A DNA stretch of 50,455 nucleotides, taken from NCBI GenBank assembly GCA_001820175.1, contig MHOT01000001.1, forward strand, positions 1-50,455, given 5' to 3'. The position numbers and the translations under genes are program-made. Positions 1 through 9,327 of the stretch are shown piece by piece; position 1 is the first letter of the stretch, and each line of letters begins with the position of its first letter. Origin of the DNA: Candidatus Staskawiczbacteria bacterium RIFCSPHIGHO2_02_FULL_42_22 (GTDB lineage: Bacteria > Patescibacteriota > Minisyncoccia > Minisyncoccales > Staskawiczbacteraceae). The notes beneath the pieces are model-generated. The model was not told the DNA's origin. It made no database searches and saw nothing but the letters and a program-made list of their open reading frames with translations.

Positions 1-68
1 CAATGCCCTCAGTCGGGATTTTCCCGCCTTTCGGGCGGGATGAATCTGACAACTTTACGCAATGACGA
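1..68. repeat. Right half of a GTCATTGCGAG-type REP-like palindrome, carrying a nested hairpin module
   Basis: Ends in CGCAATGACG; the inner AGTCGGGATTTTCCCGCCTTTCGGGCGGGA recurs from 35662; followed by GTGAGGGGTTAC at 87-98. Confidence 0.8.
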
Positions 69-134
69 CGGGCGGGAGTGAGAGGTGTGAGGGGTTACCG
101 AAGTTTGGCGCTGTTCGGAAACAATCTCCTCCAC

Positions 135-229
135 CGTCATTGCGAGGCCGCGCGCATCAGCGCGGAGTTAAGCAATCCCCGCACAAACGTGGAGATTGCC
201 ACGTCGCCTGCTGGCTCCTCGCAATGACG
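135..229. repeat. GTCATTGCGAG-type REP-like palindrome
   Basis: Terminal inverted repeat CGTCATTGCGAG/CTCGCAATGACG with an inner GCAATC/GATTGC stem. Confidence 0.9.
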
Positions 230-264
230 AAAGAGGGCATTTCCAAACAGGGCCAGTTCAAGTT

Positions 265-293
265 TTGACAAAAGATAACTTTATGTGTATTAT
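265..293 (+). promoter_or_regulatory. Sigma70-type promoter
   Basis: TTGACA-17 bp-TATTAT upstream of the ORF at 341. Confidence 0.65.
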
Positions 294-340
294 TAAACCT
301 ATCGCTCTTTGAAAAACCAACAACTAAAAGGGGGCGTAAA

Positions 341-1243
341 ATGAACTCATTTTGCGACAATGTGCAACTTGCGTGGCAGGTTGTACATGCAACAGCGCAA
401 GCAGTATTGTCCATAAAGAGACCATCACAAGGAACAGAAAAAGATGAAGTTAATGTCGGTCATCACGCAATTGTTATCGAAGGAGACACTTTTTCTCAGA
501 CCCTTGGTTTGCAAATACTTGCCCACGCTGGAGGAAAATTTCTCACTGAAGAAAAACAAGACAAAGGTGTGGTCGCCGAAAGTAGACTCATTACTCAAGA
601 AGGGTTTGCTAGTGTGATGGAAGAAGAATTAGTTTGGATTTTTGACCCGCTTGATGGATCTTCATTCAAAAATCGTCAACTGCCGGAATGGAGCGTCTCT
701 TTAGGCGTTGTCAGTATGGGTAACCATATTGGTGGAGCAATATTCACTCCGGAAATTTTTGGCGGATTTGGCGTACTGGGCGAACGCACCAAAGGAGTCA
801 TGATTTATGAGCAGGGCAATTTTCGTTCAGCGTCAAATATGTTGTCTCAACAAAGGAAAAAATCAGTTGTCTTTATGGGCTTGGATACGTACTTTGTATC
901 AGGTTTTTCTCACTTTGTGCGCGAAATGGCAGTTGCCATCCAGACAACAAGTTCGACGAGTTGTGCTCTTGGGCTGGCATACTTAGTTGCTGGAAAAATA
1001 GATGCTTTGGTGCAACCAGTGCAGGCGCCCTGGGATTGGGCCGCGGGTTATCCGCTTGTCGAAGAGGTTGGGGGAAAATTCCAATTTTTCCATTATCGCG
1101 ATGGCAGTATAACAGCTCTTGCTCGGCCCGATGTAAAAAGCTATGATCCGGTTTGGAGGAATACTGCTTTTATAGCCGGAGAACCGGATATTGTTGATTG
1201 GCTCTTTGACCTTTTGCAACAAAATTGGCGCAGACCGCAATAA
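341..1243 (+). CDS. Inositol monophosphatase family protein
   Basis: EE, WIFDPLDGS and PWDWAAG motifs. Confidence 0.85.
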   Translation: MNSFCDNVQLAWQVVHATAQAVLSIKRPSQGTEKDEVNVGHHAIVIEGDTFSQTLGLQILAHAGGKFLTEEKQDKGVVAESRLITQEGFASVMEEELVWIFDPLDGSSFKNRQLPEWSVSLGVVSMGNHIGGAIFTPEIFGGFGVLGERTKGVMIYEQGNFRSASNMLSQQRKKSVVFMGLDTYFVSGFSHFVREMAVAIQTTSSTSCALGLAYLVAGKIDALVQPVQAPWDWAAGYPLVEEVGGKFQFFHYRDGSITALARPDVKSYDPVWRNTAFIAGEPDIVDWLFDLLQQNWRRPQ

Positions 1244-1256
1244 TTGCGCTAATACT

Positions 1257-1288
1257 GCCGCGTTTGTATTTTACGAATGCGGTTTTTT
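1257..1288 (+). terminator. Intrinsic terminator
   Basis: CCGCGTTTGTA/TACGAATGCGG stem (with G-U pairs) followed by a T run. Confidence 0.65.
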
Positions 1289-1307
1289 ATTATCTACAAC
1301 GGGGTAA

Positions 1308-1336
1308 TTGAAAAGAGTGGGCTTTTATGCTAATCT
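1308..1336 (+). promoter_or_regulatory. Sigma70-type promoter for the sugar operon
   Basis: TTGAAA-17 bp-TAATCT with an extended TGn. Confidence 0.5.
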
Positions 1337-1355
1337 ATTTTTAATATCTTAATAT

Positions 1356-2273
1356 ATGGATTATCTTTCAACAAAAAGAATATTAATTACGGGTGCTCAA
1401 GGATACATTGGCTCAGAGATTCTTAGGATTGTTAGGGAGCATTACCAAGAATGTTTGGCGATAGATAAATTGGCTGATGCTTCTGGTAAAGTACAAATCC
1501 TAGACCTGAAAGATGCGGTTAAAACTTCTGAACTGATACTTAATTTCAAACCCGATGCCATTATTCATTGTGCTACCCATTCGGCTTTAGCCTATAGGGA
1601 CCACTTATCGAATTCTTTCCAAGAAGATTTTTCTGCTACGGTAAATATACTTAATGCTTTAGCGGGCCTGCCGGATTGCCGTTTAATTTATCTTAGCTCT
1701 TCATATGTTTATAGCGCTTTGCCGGCGCGCCATGCTTACGATGAACATTCGCCTTTGGCGCCTAAGCATAATTTTGGCGTAGCCAAATCCTTCTTTGAAC
1801 AATTCATCTTGAAAATTCATCAAAATACTGTTATATTTCGTTTATGTTCCGTATTTGGACCAGGACAGGCGTTGCATCCCAATGTCATCTTAACTTTTGC
1901 AGAGGAATGTCTTAAGAAGAATTCTCTGACAGTATGGGGTAAGGGGGAACGTACATTACAATATATTTATATGAAAGATGTGGTTAGTATCATTTTAAAA
2001 AGTGTTTCCACCAAAGGCGGACCCGCCTCTGGCGGAGATTTGGCTGCCGGTATTTATAATTTAGGAGGGGATGATTATGTCACTGTTGGCGACACGGCTT
2101 TGGACATCGCAAAGTTTTTTAAAGTGGAAGTGAACTTTTTAGAAAATAAACCCGAGGGCGAGACCTTGCCATTTTTATCTAATCAAAAGATTAAAAATAG
2201 CTTAAAAAACAATGCGTTTACCCCTTTTGCTACTGCGCTCAACGAATACTTAACATCATTAAACAAACTATGA
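1356..2273 (+). CDS. NAD-dependent epimerase/dehydratase with an in-frame palindromic insert (STKGGPASGG)
   Basis: TGAQGYIG Rossmann motif and SSSYVY; the catalytic YxxxK appears as FGVAK. Confidence 0.85.
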   Translation: MDYLSTKRILITGAQGYIGSEILRIVREHYQECLAIDKLADASGKVQILDLKDAVKTSELILNFKPDAIIHCATHSALAYRDHLSNSFQEDFSATVNILNALAGLPDCRLIYLSSSYVYSALPARHAYDEHSPLAPKHNFGVAKSFFEQFILKIHQNTVIFRLCSVFGPGQALHPNVILTFAEECLKKNSLTVWGKGERTLQYIYMKDVVSIILKSVSTKGGPASGGDLAAGIYNLGGDDYVTVGDTALDIAKFFKVEVNFLENKPEGETLPFLSNQKIKNSLKNNAFTPFATALNEYLTSLNKL

Positions 2274-3403
2274 AAAATAGCGATGTAGTGAAATCTTACC
2301 AAGCTTATAGAAGTCGCGTGGCGCGCGAAACCATTCCTTGTTATGAACCATCGATTGGAAAAGAAGAATTGCGCCTGGTAACCGATGTGATAAAACGCAA
2401 CTGGTTATCGGAAAATAAATATACTCGAGAGTTTGAAAGCCAGCTAGCTAAGATCTGCCAAAGAAAGTATTCTGTCGCCTTTGCTAATGCTACCGCAGCC
2501 CTTATTTGTGGCATGAAAGCATTAGGCATTAAAGAAGGGGATGAGGTTATCGTTCCAAGTTTTTCTCATGGTGCGGATCCTAATTCTGTTTCTAATGCTG
2601 GCGCAACAGTGGTGTTTACTGATGTTGATCCGGTTAGCTTGTGTCTGACCCGCCAAACAATCGAAAAGGCAATAACCAAAAAAACCAAGGCCATTTTATA
2701 TGTTTGCGCTTACGGTAATGTATCGGATTTAGATGCTATGGCAGATTACGCTAAATCCAAAAAAATATTTTTTATTAATGATTGCGCTCCCGCATTATTC
2801 GGAAGTTATAAATACAGGCCCATTGCATCGTATGGAGATTTTTCCGTGCTATCATTTTTTGCTGACAAAACCATAACCACGGGTGAAGGAGGTATGCTGC
2901 TTTCTAATAATCTGGCTTTAATGAATAAGGTTAATAGGTACAAGCACGACGGACGCCGCGAGCGAGGGGTAGACGTTATTGAAGAAAAAGGTTACAATTT
3001 TAGGATAACAGAATTGCAAACCGCCGTCGGAGTAGCTCAACTTAAAAAAGCGCCTTATTTTGTTAAAAGAAAAAAAGAAATTTTACGATATTATATCAAG
3101 AAGCTTGCTGGTATAAATAGTGTAAGATTATTTACATTTAACCCCGATGGCGATATCGTTCCTCATCGCGTGGTCATTTTTGTTCCCAATGCCAAAAACT
3201 TAATTACTTATCTGACTTCATTGGGGATTGGAGTGCGAAGCATGTTTATGCCTATGCACTCTATGCCTGCTTACCAGACCAAGGGAGATCTTCCCAATAC
3301 CCAAGAAATATTTAAGACCGGAGTTTGTTTGCCGTCGGCTCCCAGTTTAACTGATAAAAATATAGAATTTATTTGTCAAAGTATTAAAAAATTTTATGCA
3401 TAA
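2270..3403 (+). CDS. DegT/DnrJ/EryC1/StrS aminotransferase (perosamine synthase-like)
   Basis: SFFADKTITTGEGG PLP-lysine motif, GYNFR. Confidence 0.92.
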   Translation: MKNSDVVKSYQAYRSRVARETIPCYEPSIGKEELRLVTDVIKRNWLSENKYTREFESQLAKICQRKYSVAFANATAALICGMKALGIKEGDEVIVPSFSHGADPNSVSNAGATVVFTDVDPVSLCLTRQTIEKAITKKTKAILYVCAYGNVSDLDAMADYAKSKKIFFINDCAPALFGSYKYRPIASYGDFSVLSFFADKTITTGEGGMLLSNNLALMNKVNRYKHDGRRERGVDVIEEKGYNFRITELQTAVGVAQLKKAPYFVKRKKEILRYYIKKLAGINSVRLFTFNPDGDIVPHRVVIFVPNAKNLITYLTSLGIGVRSMFMPMHSMPAYQTKGDLPNTQEIFKTGVCLPSAPSLTDKNIEFICQSIKKFYA

Positions 3404-3505
3404 GCATGCATAAGCAAGAACCGTGCATAAGCAAGAACCGTTCTTGCTTAATTGTTCTTGCTTAATTTCTTGCTTAATGCTTTTTGCTTATTGCTTATGC
3501 ATAAA
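3393..3505. repeat. Inverted array of short tandem repeats
   Basis: TGCATAAGCAAGAACCG x2 facing TTCTTGCTTAAT x3; terminal inverted repeat TTTATGCATAAGCA/TGCTTATGCATAAA. Confidence 0.85.
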
Positions 3506-3512
3506 CATAAAT

Positions 3513-4628
3513 ATGAAAATTCCAGCTACTAAACCTTATTTTTCAGAAGATGATATTATATTTATTACTGAAAAGTTTCAAGATATTTTACATGGAAGGT
3601 CCTTCTTATCCAACGGCCAATATGTCGCTCAATTTGAAAAAGAGTTTGCGGCATTTATTGGAACAAAGTTTGCGGTAGCTTGCAATAGCGGCACATCTGC
3701 GCTGGAATTAATTTGCCGCGCTTTAGATATTTCTGGTAAAGAAGTGATATTGCCATCAAATACTTTTATTGCTACGGCTAATGCAATTTTAAATGCCGGA
3801 GGCATACCTGTATTTGCAGATTGCGCGGATAATATGTGCTTAGATGAAAGTGATGTCATAAAAAAAATTACAAATAATACCATAGCTATTATGCAGGTTC
3901 ACATTGGTGGCATTGTTTCAGAAAGCACGTTAAAGTTAAAAAAAATCTGCGAGGATCGTAAATTATATTTAATAGAGGATGCCGCTCAAGCCCATGGTTC
4001 TAGTTTAAAAAAGACAAAAGCAGGGGCTTTTGGAGTCGCAGCAGGTTTCAGTTTTTTTTCTACGAAAGTGATGACCACAGGTGAGGGGGGAATGGTTACA
4101 ACTGACGACGAAGTTTTAGTAGAAAAAATGAAAGCAATGCGAGAGTTTGGTAAAGTGAAGCAAGATATTTATATTAACTATCATAAATACATTGGATATA
4201 ACTGGCGAATGCCGGAAGTAGCCGCGCTCTTGGGTTTGCGGCAATTGGCGGCGCTGGAACATTTCATTAAAAGGCGAAATGAGATTGCCAGGATTTATGA
4301 CCAAGAACTAAAAGAAGTTTCAAGTATAACAATGATAAAACCTGAATCAGAGTCAATTCATAATTATTTTAAATATATTATTATCCTAAAAGACCACGAC
4401 CGCCGTATGGTTCATAAGGCATTAGAGGAAAGAGGCATTCAACCAAGCGGGTATGTGTATGAGTTACCATTACATAAACAGCCCGTATTTGGCTGGGCTA
4501 ATGACTTACAGTTACCAAAAACAGAATATTTAAGCGAGCATCACTTTTGTTTGCCGATTTTTTATAGTATGACTGACGAGGAAGTTGCATTCGTTGCACA
4601 ATCTTTAAGAGAAGTTTTAAAAACATGA
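3513..4628 (+). CDS. DegT/DnrJ/EryC1/StrS aminotransferase
   Basis: EDAAQAHG, SFFSTKVMTTGEGG, GYNWR; start moved to ATG 3513 because the upstream codons are repeat sequence. Confidence 0.92.
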   Translation: MKIPATKPYFSEDDIIFITEKFQDILHGRSFLSNGQYVAQFEKEFAAFIGTKFAVACNSGTSALELICRALDISGKEVILPSNTFIATANAILNAGGIPVFADCADNMCLDESDVIKKITNNTIAIMQVHIGGIVSESTLKLKKICEDRKLYLIEDAAQAHGSSLKKTKAGAFGVAAGFSFFSTKVMTTGEGGMVTTDDEVLVEKMKAMREFGKVKQDIYINYHKYIGYNWRMPEVAALLGLRQLAALEHFIKRRNEIARIYDQELKEVSSITMIKPESESIHNYFKYIIILKDHDRRMVHKALEERGIQPSGYVYELPLHKQPVFGWANDLQLPKTEYLSEHHFCLPIFYSMTDEEVAFVAQSLREVLKT

Positions 4629-5149
4629 TTAAAAAAAGAGCCATTTTTTTAGACAGGGATGGCGTGATAAATAAAAAAGCCAAAGAACATGACTACATAA
4701 AAAATTGGGGTGAGTTTGAGTTTTTACCCCATGTCGCAGATGTGATCAGCCAACTAAATAAAAAGTTTTTAGTCGTAGTAGCATCAAACCAACAAGGTAT
4801 ATCGCGGGGGCTTATGACACTAGATGATGTAAATAGTATTCATGCCAATATGAAGTCCGAGCTTAAAAAAAGTAATGCCATCATTGATAAAATTTATGTC
4901 TGTCCGCATTACATAAAAGAAAGGTGCGCATGTCGCAAACCAGAGCCGGGCATGATACTTCAGGCCGCCAAAGAGCTGGGCATAGACCTGCCAAATTCAT
5001 ATATGATTGGCGATAGCATTACTGATATTGAGGCCGGTAAAAAAGCAGGTTGTAAAACAGTATTATTCGGGGACACAACTGCTATGCAAAAGGTAAAGCC
5101 GGATTTTATTGCTCGCACTATCTTAGAAATCCCAAATTTTATCGGTTAA
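4625..5149 (+). CDS. gmhB: D,D-heptose 1,7-bisphosphate phosphatase-like HAD-IIIA hydrolase
   Basis: FLDRDGVIN, CPH..C.CRKP, MIGDSITD. Confidence 0.85.
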   Translation: MIKKRAIFLDRDGVINKKAKEHDYIKNWGEFEFLPHVADVISQLNKKFLVVVASNQQGISRGLMTLDDVNSIHANMKSELKKSNAIIDKIYVCPHYIKERCACRKPEPGMILQAAKELGIDLPNSYMIGDSITDIEAGKKAGCKTVLFGDTTAMQKVKPDFIARTILEIPNFIG

Positions 5150-5184
5150 AAAAACTCACTCTTACATATAAGGGCGAGTTTTTT
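5148..5184. terminator. Bidirectional terminator between convergent operons
   Basis: A run, AACTC/GAGTT-closed stem, T run. Confidence 0.65.
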
Positions 5185-5187
5185 GTT

Positions 5188-6273
5188 TTATACAAATCTA
5201 TAGAGTATTTTCCCTAGATATTTTCCAAGTCCGAGGTTGATGCCGAGAAATAGTATTATCTTCAGTATTAAAACCTTTGTTCGCAATAGGTTTATATTTT
5301 CAAAAAATCCCCGAAAAAAGTCAAAAGAAAAAGAGGCATTTATCATGTTTCGGGCTTCTTTTATTTCGCCCTTGATTAAAAAATTCATGGCTCGCAGTGT
5401 ATCATCAAAGTTCTTTTGGTATGCGTATTGCCTTAAATGTTTTTGGTCAATAGTCCCGATATAATTTTTATCCTCCAAGTAGTAATCTATGACTTTAAAA
5501 AAATCGGCTTTGTCGGTTCGAAGCTGATTGTATTTTGCGCCCCTGCCACCCTTTCTCCAATTGATAAGATTTTCATGTATAATGCCGATAGGAAATTTTT
5601 CCAATATACGAAGCCACATTTCTAAGTCATCAGAGCCGCCGAAAGGCCCATGGTCGTCAAATAGCCCTACAATGTCAAAAATTTTTTTACGGGCCATAAA
5701 TGTTGGCGCGATTAAAAAAGTGTTTCCATGGTTTAGTATGGCATTGAATATTTCTTTAAACGCATATACGTTCCTTCCCTTTAATTCTGGCGGCAGTTTA
5801 TAGGTGCCGATAATTTTATCTTGCTCATTTACGATATTGCCAAGGGTAAACACCGCGGGAATATCGGGGTGTGTTAGTAGGAATTCCAATTCCTTTTTAA
5901 CAATATCATGGTGATAGATATCGTCTTGGTGGCAGAATATGACAAATTCCCCGCTAATGACCCCGGAAGTTATTATGCTATTGCAATGGTTGAATGCCGC
6001 ATCAAATGTTTTTTTTGCCGTCAGTATATTTTTAGTGCTAACATCATGGAATCCCATCGTTTTTAAGTCCCGGATATTTTTTCGGTATATAACCTCTGGG
6101 TTTTTGCTTTGTATTTTGTGGACCACTTGTTCTGTATTATCTGTGGATTGGTCATCGGAAATGATGATTTGAGTATTTGGATAGCTTTGGTTTATCAAAG
6201 ATTGGACAGCTTTTTCCAAAAGCGTTGCATAGTTGTAAGTGATCAGGCAAATTGTCACCAGGGGAGGTTTCAT
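5188..6273 (-). CDS. GT2 family glycosyltransferase
   Basis: ITYN, ISDDQSTD, HQDD, DDLEMWLR. Confidence 0.9.
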   Translation of the reverse strand: MKPPLVTICLITYNYATLLEKAVQSLINQSYPNTQIIISDDQSTDNTEQVVHKIQSKNPEVIYRKNIRDLKTMGFHDVSTKNILTAKKTFDAAFNHCNSIITSGVISGEFVIFCHQDDIYHHDIVKKELEFLLTHPDIPAVFTLGNIVNEQDKIIGTYKLPPELKGRNVYAFKEIFNAILNHGNTFLIAPTFMARKKIFDIVGLFDDHGPFGGSDDLEMWLRILEKFPIGIIHENLINWRKGGRGAKYNQLRTDKADFFKVIDYYLEDKNYIGTIDQKHLRQYAYQKNFDDTLRAMNFLIKGEIKEARNMINASFSFDFFRGFFENINLLRTKVLILKIILFLGINLGLGKYLGKILYRFV

Positions 6274-6284
6274 ATTATTTGTTT

Positions 6285-6463
6285 ATACCTTGGATTACGA
6301 AATGCCTTCGAGGTATTTTTTTCTAAATTTGGAGATAGAAATTTGATATAATTTTCAGGCTTGCCTAAAGGGCCCGCCTGAAAATTATAGCGAATTTGTA
6401 GCCCAAATTTAGAAAAAAGACCCGAAGCTCGCCTTTCTATGGGCATTTCGTAATCCAAGGTAT
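6285..6463. mobile_element. MITE-like long hairpin element (GGCTTGCC core family) overlapping a glycosyltransferase 3' end
   Basis: Perfect 22-bp terminal inverted repeat ATACCTTGGATTACGAAATGCC; core shared with the 7502 and 48492 elements. Confidence 0.75.
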
Positions 6464-7495
6464 TATAGTATTTGCGAAATATTCAGCCGAAAATGGATAG
6501 GATTTTTCGCTTTTTAAGAAGGTTTCAATAGCTTTTAAATATTCACGGTATTGTTGGTCTGGCATATGTTTAATGTGGGAATATAACGCTTCGTAGGTAC
6601 TAAATTTTCTTTTGTCTATAAAGGTGTTGGCGGGAATATGGTCGGTGATATTTTGTGCCCCCAGATAAATTGGCACGCAGCTGGCCAAAAAACAATCAAA
6701 GATCTTTTCGGTGATATACCCTGAAATATCTTTAGTGCTTTCATAGCAGATGGAAAATTGATATTTTTCGTACGTTTCCCTTTTTGAGGCAACACTTCCT
6801 TGCCAGGAAGGGTAGTGAGGTTTTAAAAGCTTTGCTAAAAATGTTAGCCGATTGAACCGGGCTAATTTAAATCCTAAAAGTTCCCCGTCAAAGTGATGCC
6901 TGTCCCATCCCTTTCCGTATAAATCAAAATCTTCGGGGTGGTTTTTTTCAAACCAGCGGATGGCTTTTATCCTTTCTGAGTAAAGTTCGTTTGGGTGAAG
7001 CGTTAATTTGTTTGATGATATGATAGCGCAAAGCTTTTTTACTTGCCCCGATCCCGCCGAAGGATTTTTTTCTAATCCAAAATCAAATTCATCGGGGATG
7101 TTATGCGAATACTGTATTTTAAAATACCTTTTATTATCAATGAGTGGATCCGACCACGTGAATATTTTTTTAAAATATCGATGGTTCTCTAAAATATAGT
7201 TATCCGGTTTTACTATGGGCGATTCCAAAAGTATTAAGTATAAGTTTTTAAAGTTGTTTTTTACCAGTTTTTTAAAATATGTATTTTCAAAGCCAGGGAA
7301 TTCAATAAATACTATCGCATCAAATTTTCCAATATTATCGGTATCAAGGGTTCTTATGTTATGCCCCAATTTTTTTAAGCGCTGCCCTAAATAAAAAAAA
7401 GGATACATTAAGTTGTCCCCGATGGGCGAACTGGGGTCTAAAAACATCTTATTCTTATTGAATTGCTTGGTGTAGTTGTAAAAACCGATGTACAT
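6437..7495 (-). CDS. GT10 (alpha-1,3-fucosyltransferase-like) glycosyltransferase with in-frame insert NPSAGSGQV
   Basis: YSERIKAIRWF and FSICYE..GYITEKIFDCF..CVPIYLG. Confidence 0.8.
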   Translation of the reverse strand: MYIGFYNYTKQFNKNKMFLDPSSPIGDNLMYPFFYLGQRLKKLGHNIRTLDTDNIGKFDAIVFIEFPGFENTYFKKLVKNNFKNLYLILLESPIVKPDNYILENHRYFKKIFTWSDPLIDNKRYFKIQYSHNIPDEFDFGLEKNPSAGSGQVKKLCAIISSNKLTLHPNELYSERIKAIRWFEKNHPEDFDLYGKGWDRHHFDGELLGFKLARFNRLTFLAKLLKPHYPSWQGSVASKRETYEKYQFSICYESTKDISGYITEKIFDCFLASCVPIYLGAQNITDHIPANTFIDKRKFSTYEALYSHIKHMPDQQYREYLKAIETFLKSEKSYPFSAEYFANTIIPWITKCP

Positions 7496-7501
7496 AATTA
7501 T

Positions 7502-7778
7502 TAGACCTGTTGCGTATTAAGGATTGTCGCGAAAATTGAAGATTTTGGATCAGAAATTTGATAGAATTTTTCGGCTTGCCTCCAGGCCCGGAGATGGGGA
7601 AATTTGTTGCTACAAATTTACCCACATCTTGACCAAAAAATTATAATTTGCTAAGCGAGAGAGGAAAGGAAGAATCGCAATTATTCTTTTACAAGCGAGC
7701 GACAAATTATACTAGGTATAGCGAATTTATGGCCAAAATATGCAATTTGCAGCAAATCCTTAATACGCAACGGGTCTA
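7502..7778. mobile_element. MITE-like hairpin element with two nested hairpin inserts
   Basis: 23/24-bp terminal inverted repeat TAGACCTGTTGCGTATTAAGGATT; core matches 48492-48651. Confidence 0.8.
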
Positions 7779-7788
7779 TTACTTTGAA

Positions 7789-8706
7789 TTAGTAGCGTCC
7801 CCGGTAGATAAGATTTTTTTTAGTTTTTATGGCTTTCCATATCATATCAATAAATTCAGGACGCCATTTTCTGGTAATAAAAACCAGCCATGCTATTATT
7901 TCTTTCACCGGGCTTTTTGTTTTTGACGGGATGGGTGATCTATTCCAATATGGTGAAGCAAGATAGTAGCTTTGAATGGGGCTTTGCATCTTTGGGTTTT
8001 CCGTTGAAGATACTTTTTTTCTGGCAAAGAACATGGTTTCAATACCGGTTTTTGAATTGAACGTCAGGTCTTGGATCATTGCCGGTTTTTTACATTGGTA
8101 GATTGCCGCTTTTTTTTCGTAGTTTAAAGCGGAACCCACTAGCATAAAGCAGTTAATATCGTCAAAACTGTTTTTGGTAAAATAATCGTAAAATAAGGTC
8201 GGGCAGATTTGATAAAATCCGTGGTTGATGGCGCCAGAGGTCCACGTGCCAAGGATAATGATGCCGCCGGGTTTAGTCATTAGCCGTATATTTTCAAGGG
8301 CCGTTGATATATCAAAAATATGCTCTAGTGTTCCCACATCCAAGATTACATCAAATGCGTTGTAGTATTTTTTATCAACGGGCAAACTAAAGTCCATGAC
8401 AATGTCGGGATTTTCGTAGGTTGAAACGTCGGCAGCATATACCTTTTGGGCGCCCAGCAACATTGCTACGGCTTGGCAGTTGGTATAGTGGCCATATTTT
8501 GTTCCCTTCCAATCGGGTATTTTATTTTTTGTATCAAAACCGGCTGGCAATTCTTTTAGGAATACGTCTTGCTGTTTAAATAATGACATCACTTCATTGA
8601 GCGGCGCATGCACCGATTGTTGGCCCAACGTCAACACATCACCCGTCATCGGGTATTTTTTATGTTCTGCCGCCAGTAAATATAAATGCCTTCTAAGTAA
8701 TCCCAT
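7789..8706 (-). CDS. Class I SAM-dependent methyltransferase-like protein
   Basis: FDVILDVGTLEHIFD...KPGG. Confidence 0.7.
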   Translation of the reverse strand: MGLLRRHLYLLAAEHKKYPMTGDVLTLGQQSVHAPLNEVMSLFKQQDVFLKELPAGFDTKNKIPDWKGTKYGHYTNCQAVAMLLGAQKVYAADVSTYENPDIVMDFSLPVDKKYYNAFDVILDVGTLEHIFDISTALENIRLMTKPGGIIILGTWTSGAINHGFYQICPTLFYDYFTKNSFDDINCFMLVGSALNYEKKAAIYQCKKPAMIQDLTFNSKTGIETMFFARKKVSSTENPKMQSPIQSYYLASPYWNRSPIPSKTKSPVKEIIAWLVFITRKWRPEFIDMIWKAIKTKKNLIYRGRY

Positions 8707-8715
8707 GCGATTTTT

Positions 8716-9279
8716 TTATATTTTGACTCCGCCGTGAGTTTCCATAAATTCTTTAAAACTTTTGCTACTGGAATCTTTTGGCGAAACGATTGGTATGTCT
8801 TTTAGTTGCCAATCAATATTTAGGTCTGGGTCATTCCATTTTATTTGATATTCTGATTCTGGGGAATAAGGGTTATCCATTTTGCAAATTGCCATGGCAT
8901 TGTCGGTAAGAGAGCAAAAAGCATGGGCGAATCCACGGGGTATGTATAGCATTTTTTTATTTTCCGTGGAAAGTATCGCACTGGCCCATTGGCCTAAGGT
9001 TGGGGAATCTTTTCGCAGGTCCACGAAGACATAGAGTGTTTCTCCGTAAATGACCCGTACTAATTTGGCTTGGGCATAGGGTGGCAACTGTAAATGCAAG
9101 CCGCGGATGGTGCCTTTTTTTAATGAAAAATTTTGATATTCTTTCACCCATATGGTATCAATGCCATGCTCCTTGAAAACCCTATCATCATATGTTTCCA
9201 TTAAAAATCCGCGGAAATCTTCCCTGGCTTCCAGCTGGATTTCAAAAACCCCCCTGATACTCGTTGCTTTAATGGTCAT
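8716..9279 (-). CDS. rfbC: dTDP-4-dehydrorhamnose 3,5-epimerase
   Basis: DFRG, RGLHLQ, KLVRV, VDLRKDSPT, PRGFAHAF. Confidence 0.93.
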   Translation of the reverse strand: MTIKATSIRGVFEIQLEAREDFRGFLMETYDDRVFKEHGIDTIWVKEYQNFSLKKGTIRGLHLQLPPYAQAKLVRVIYGETLYVFVDLRKDSPTLGQWASAILSTENKKMLYIPRGFAHAFCSLTDNAMAICKMDNPYSPESEYQIKWNDPDLNIDWQLKDIPIVSPKDSSSKSFKEFMETHGGVKI

Positions 9280-9327
9280 GATAGTATTTTATTTTCTAAA
9301 ATATTGCTATAATTTGAAGTAATTAAA

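Noticed and set aside
62-414. ORFs 62-268 (+) and 157-414 (-)
   Set aside because: They translate REP sequence (SLRG, LLAMT) or overlap the IMPase gene
3393-3505. Possible CRISPR array (also considered at 30581 and 37246)
   Set aside because: Units are 7-17 nt, inverted about a centre, with no unique spacers and no cas genes
6270-7926. ORFs 6270-6458 and 7648-7926
   Set aside because: They read through hairpin elements and have no protein-like motifs
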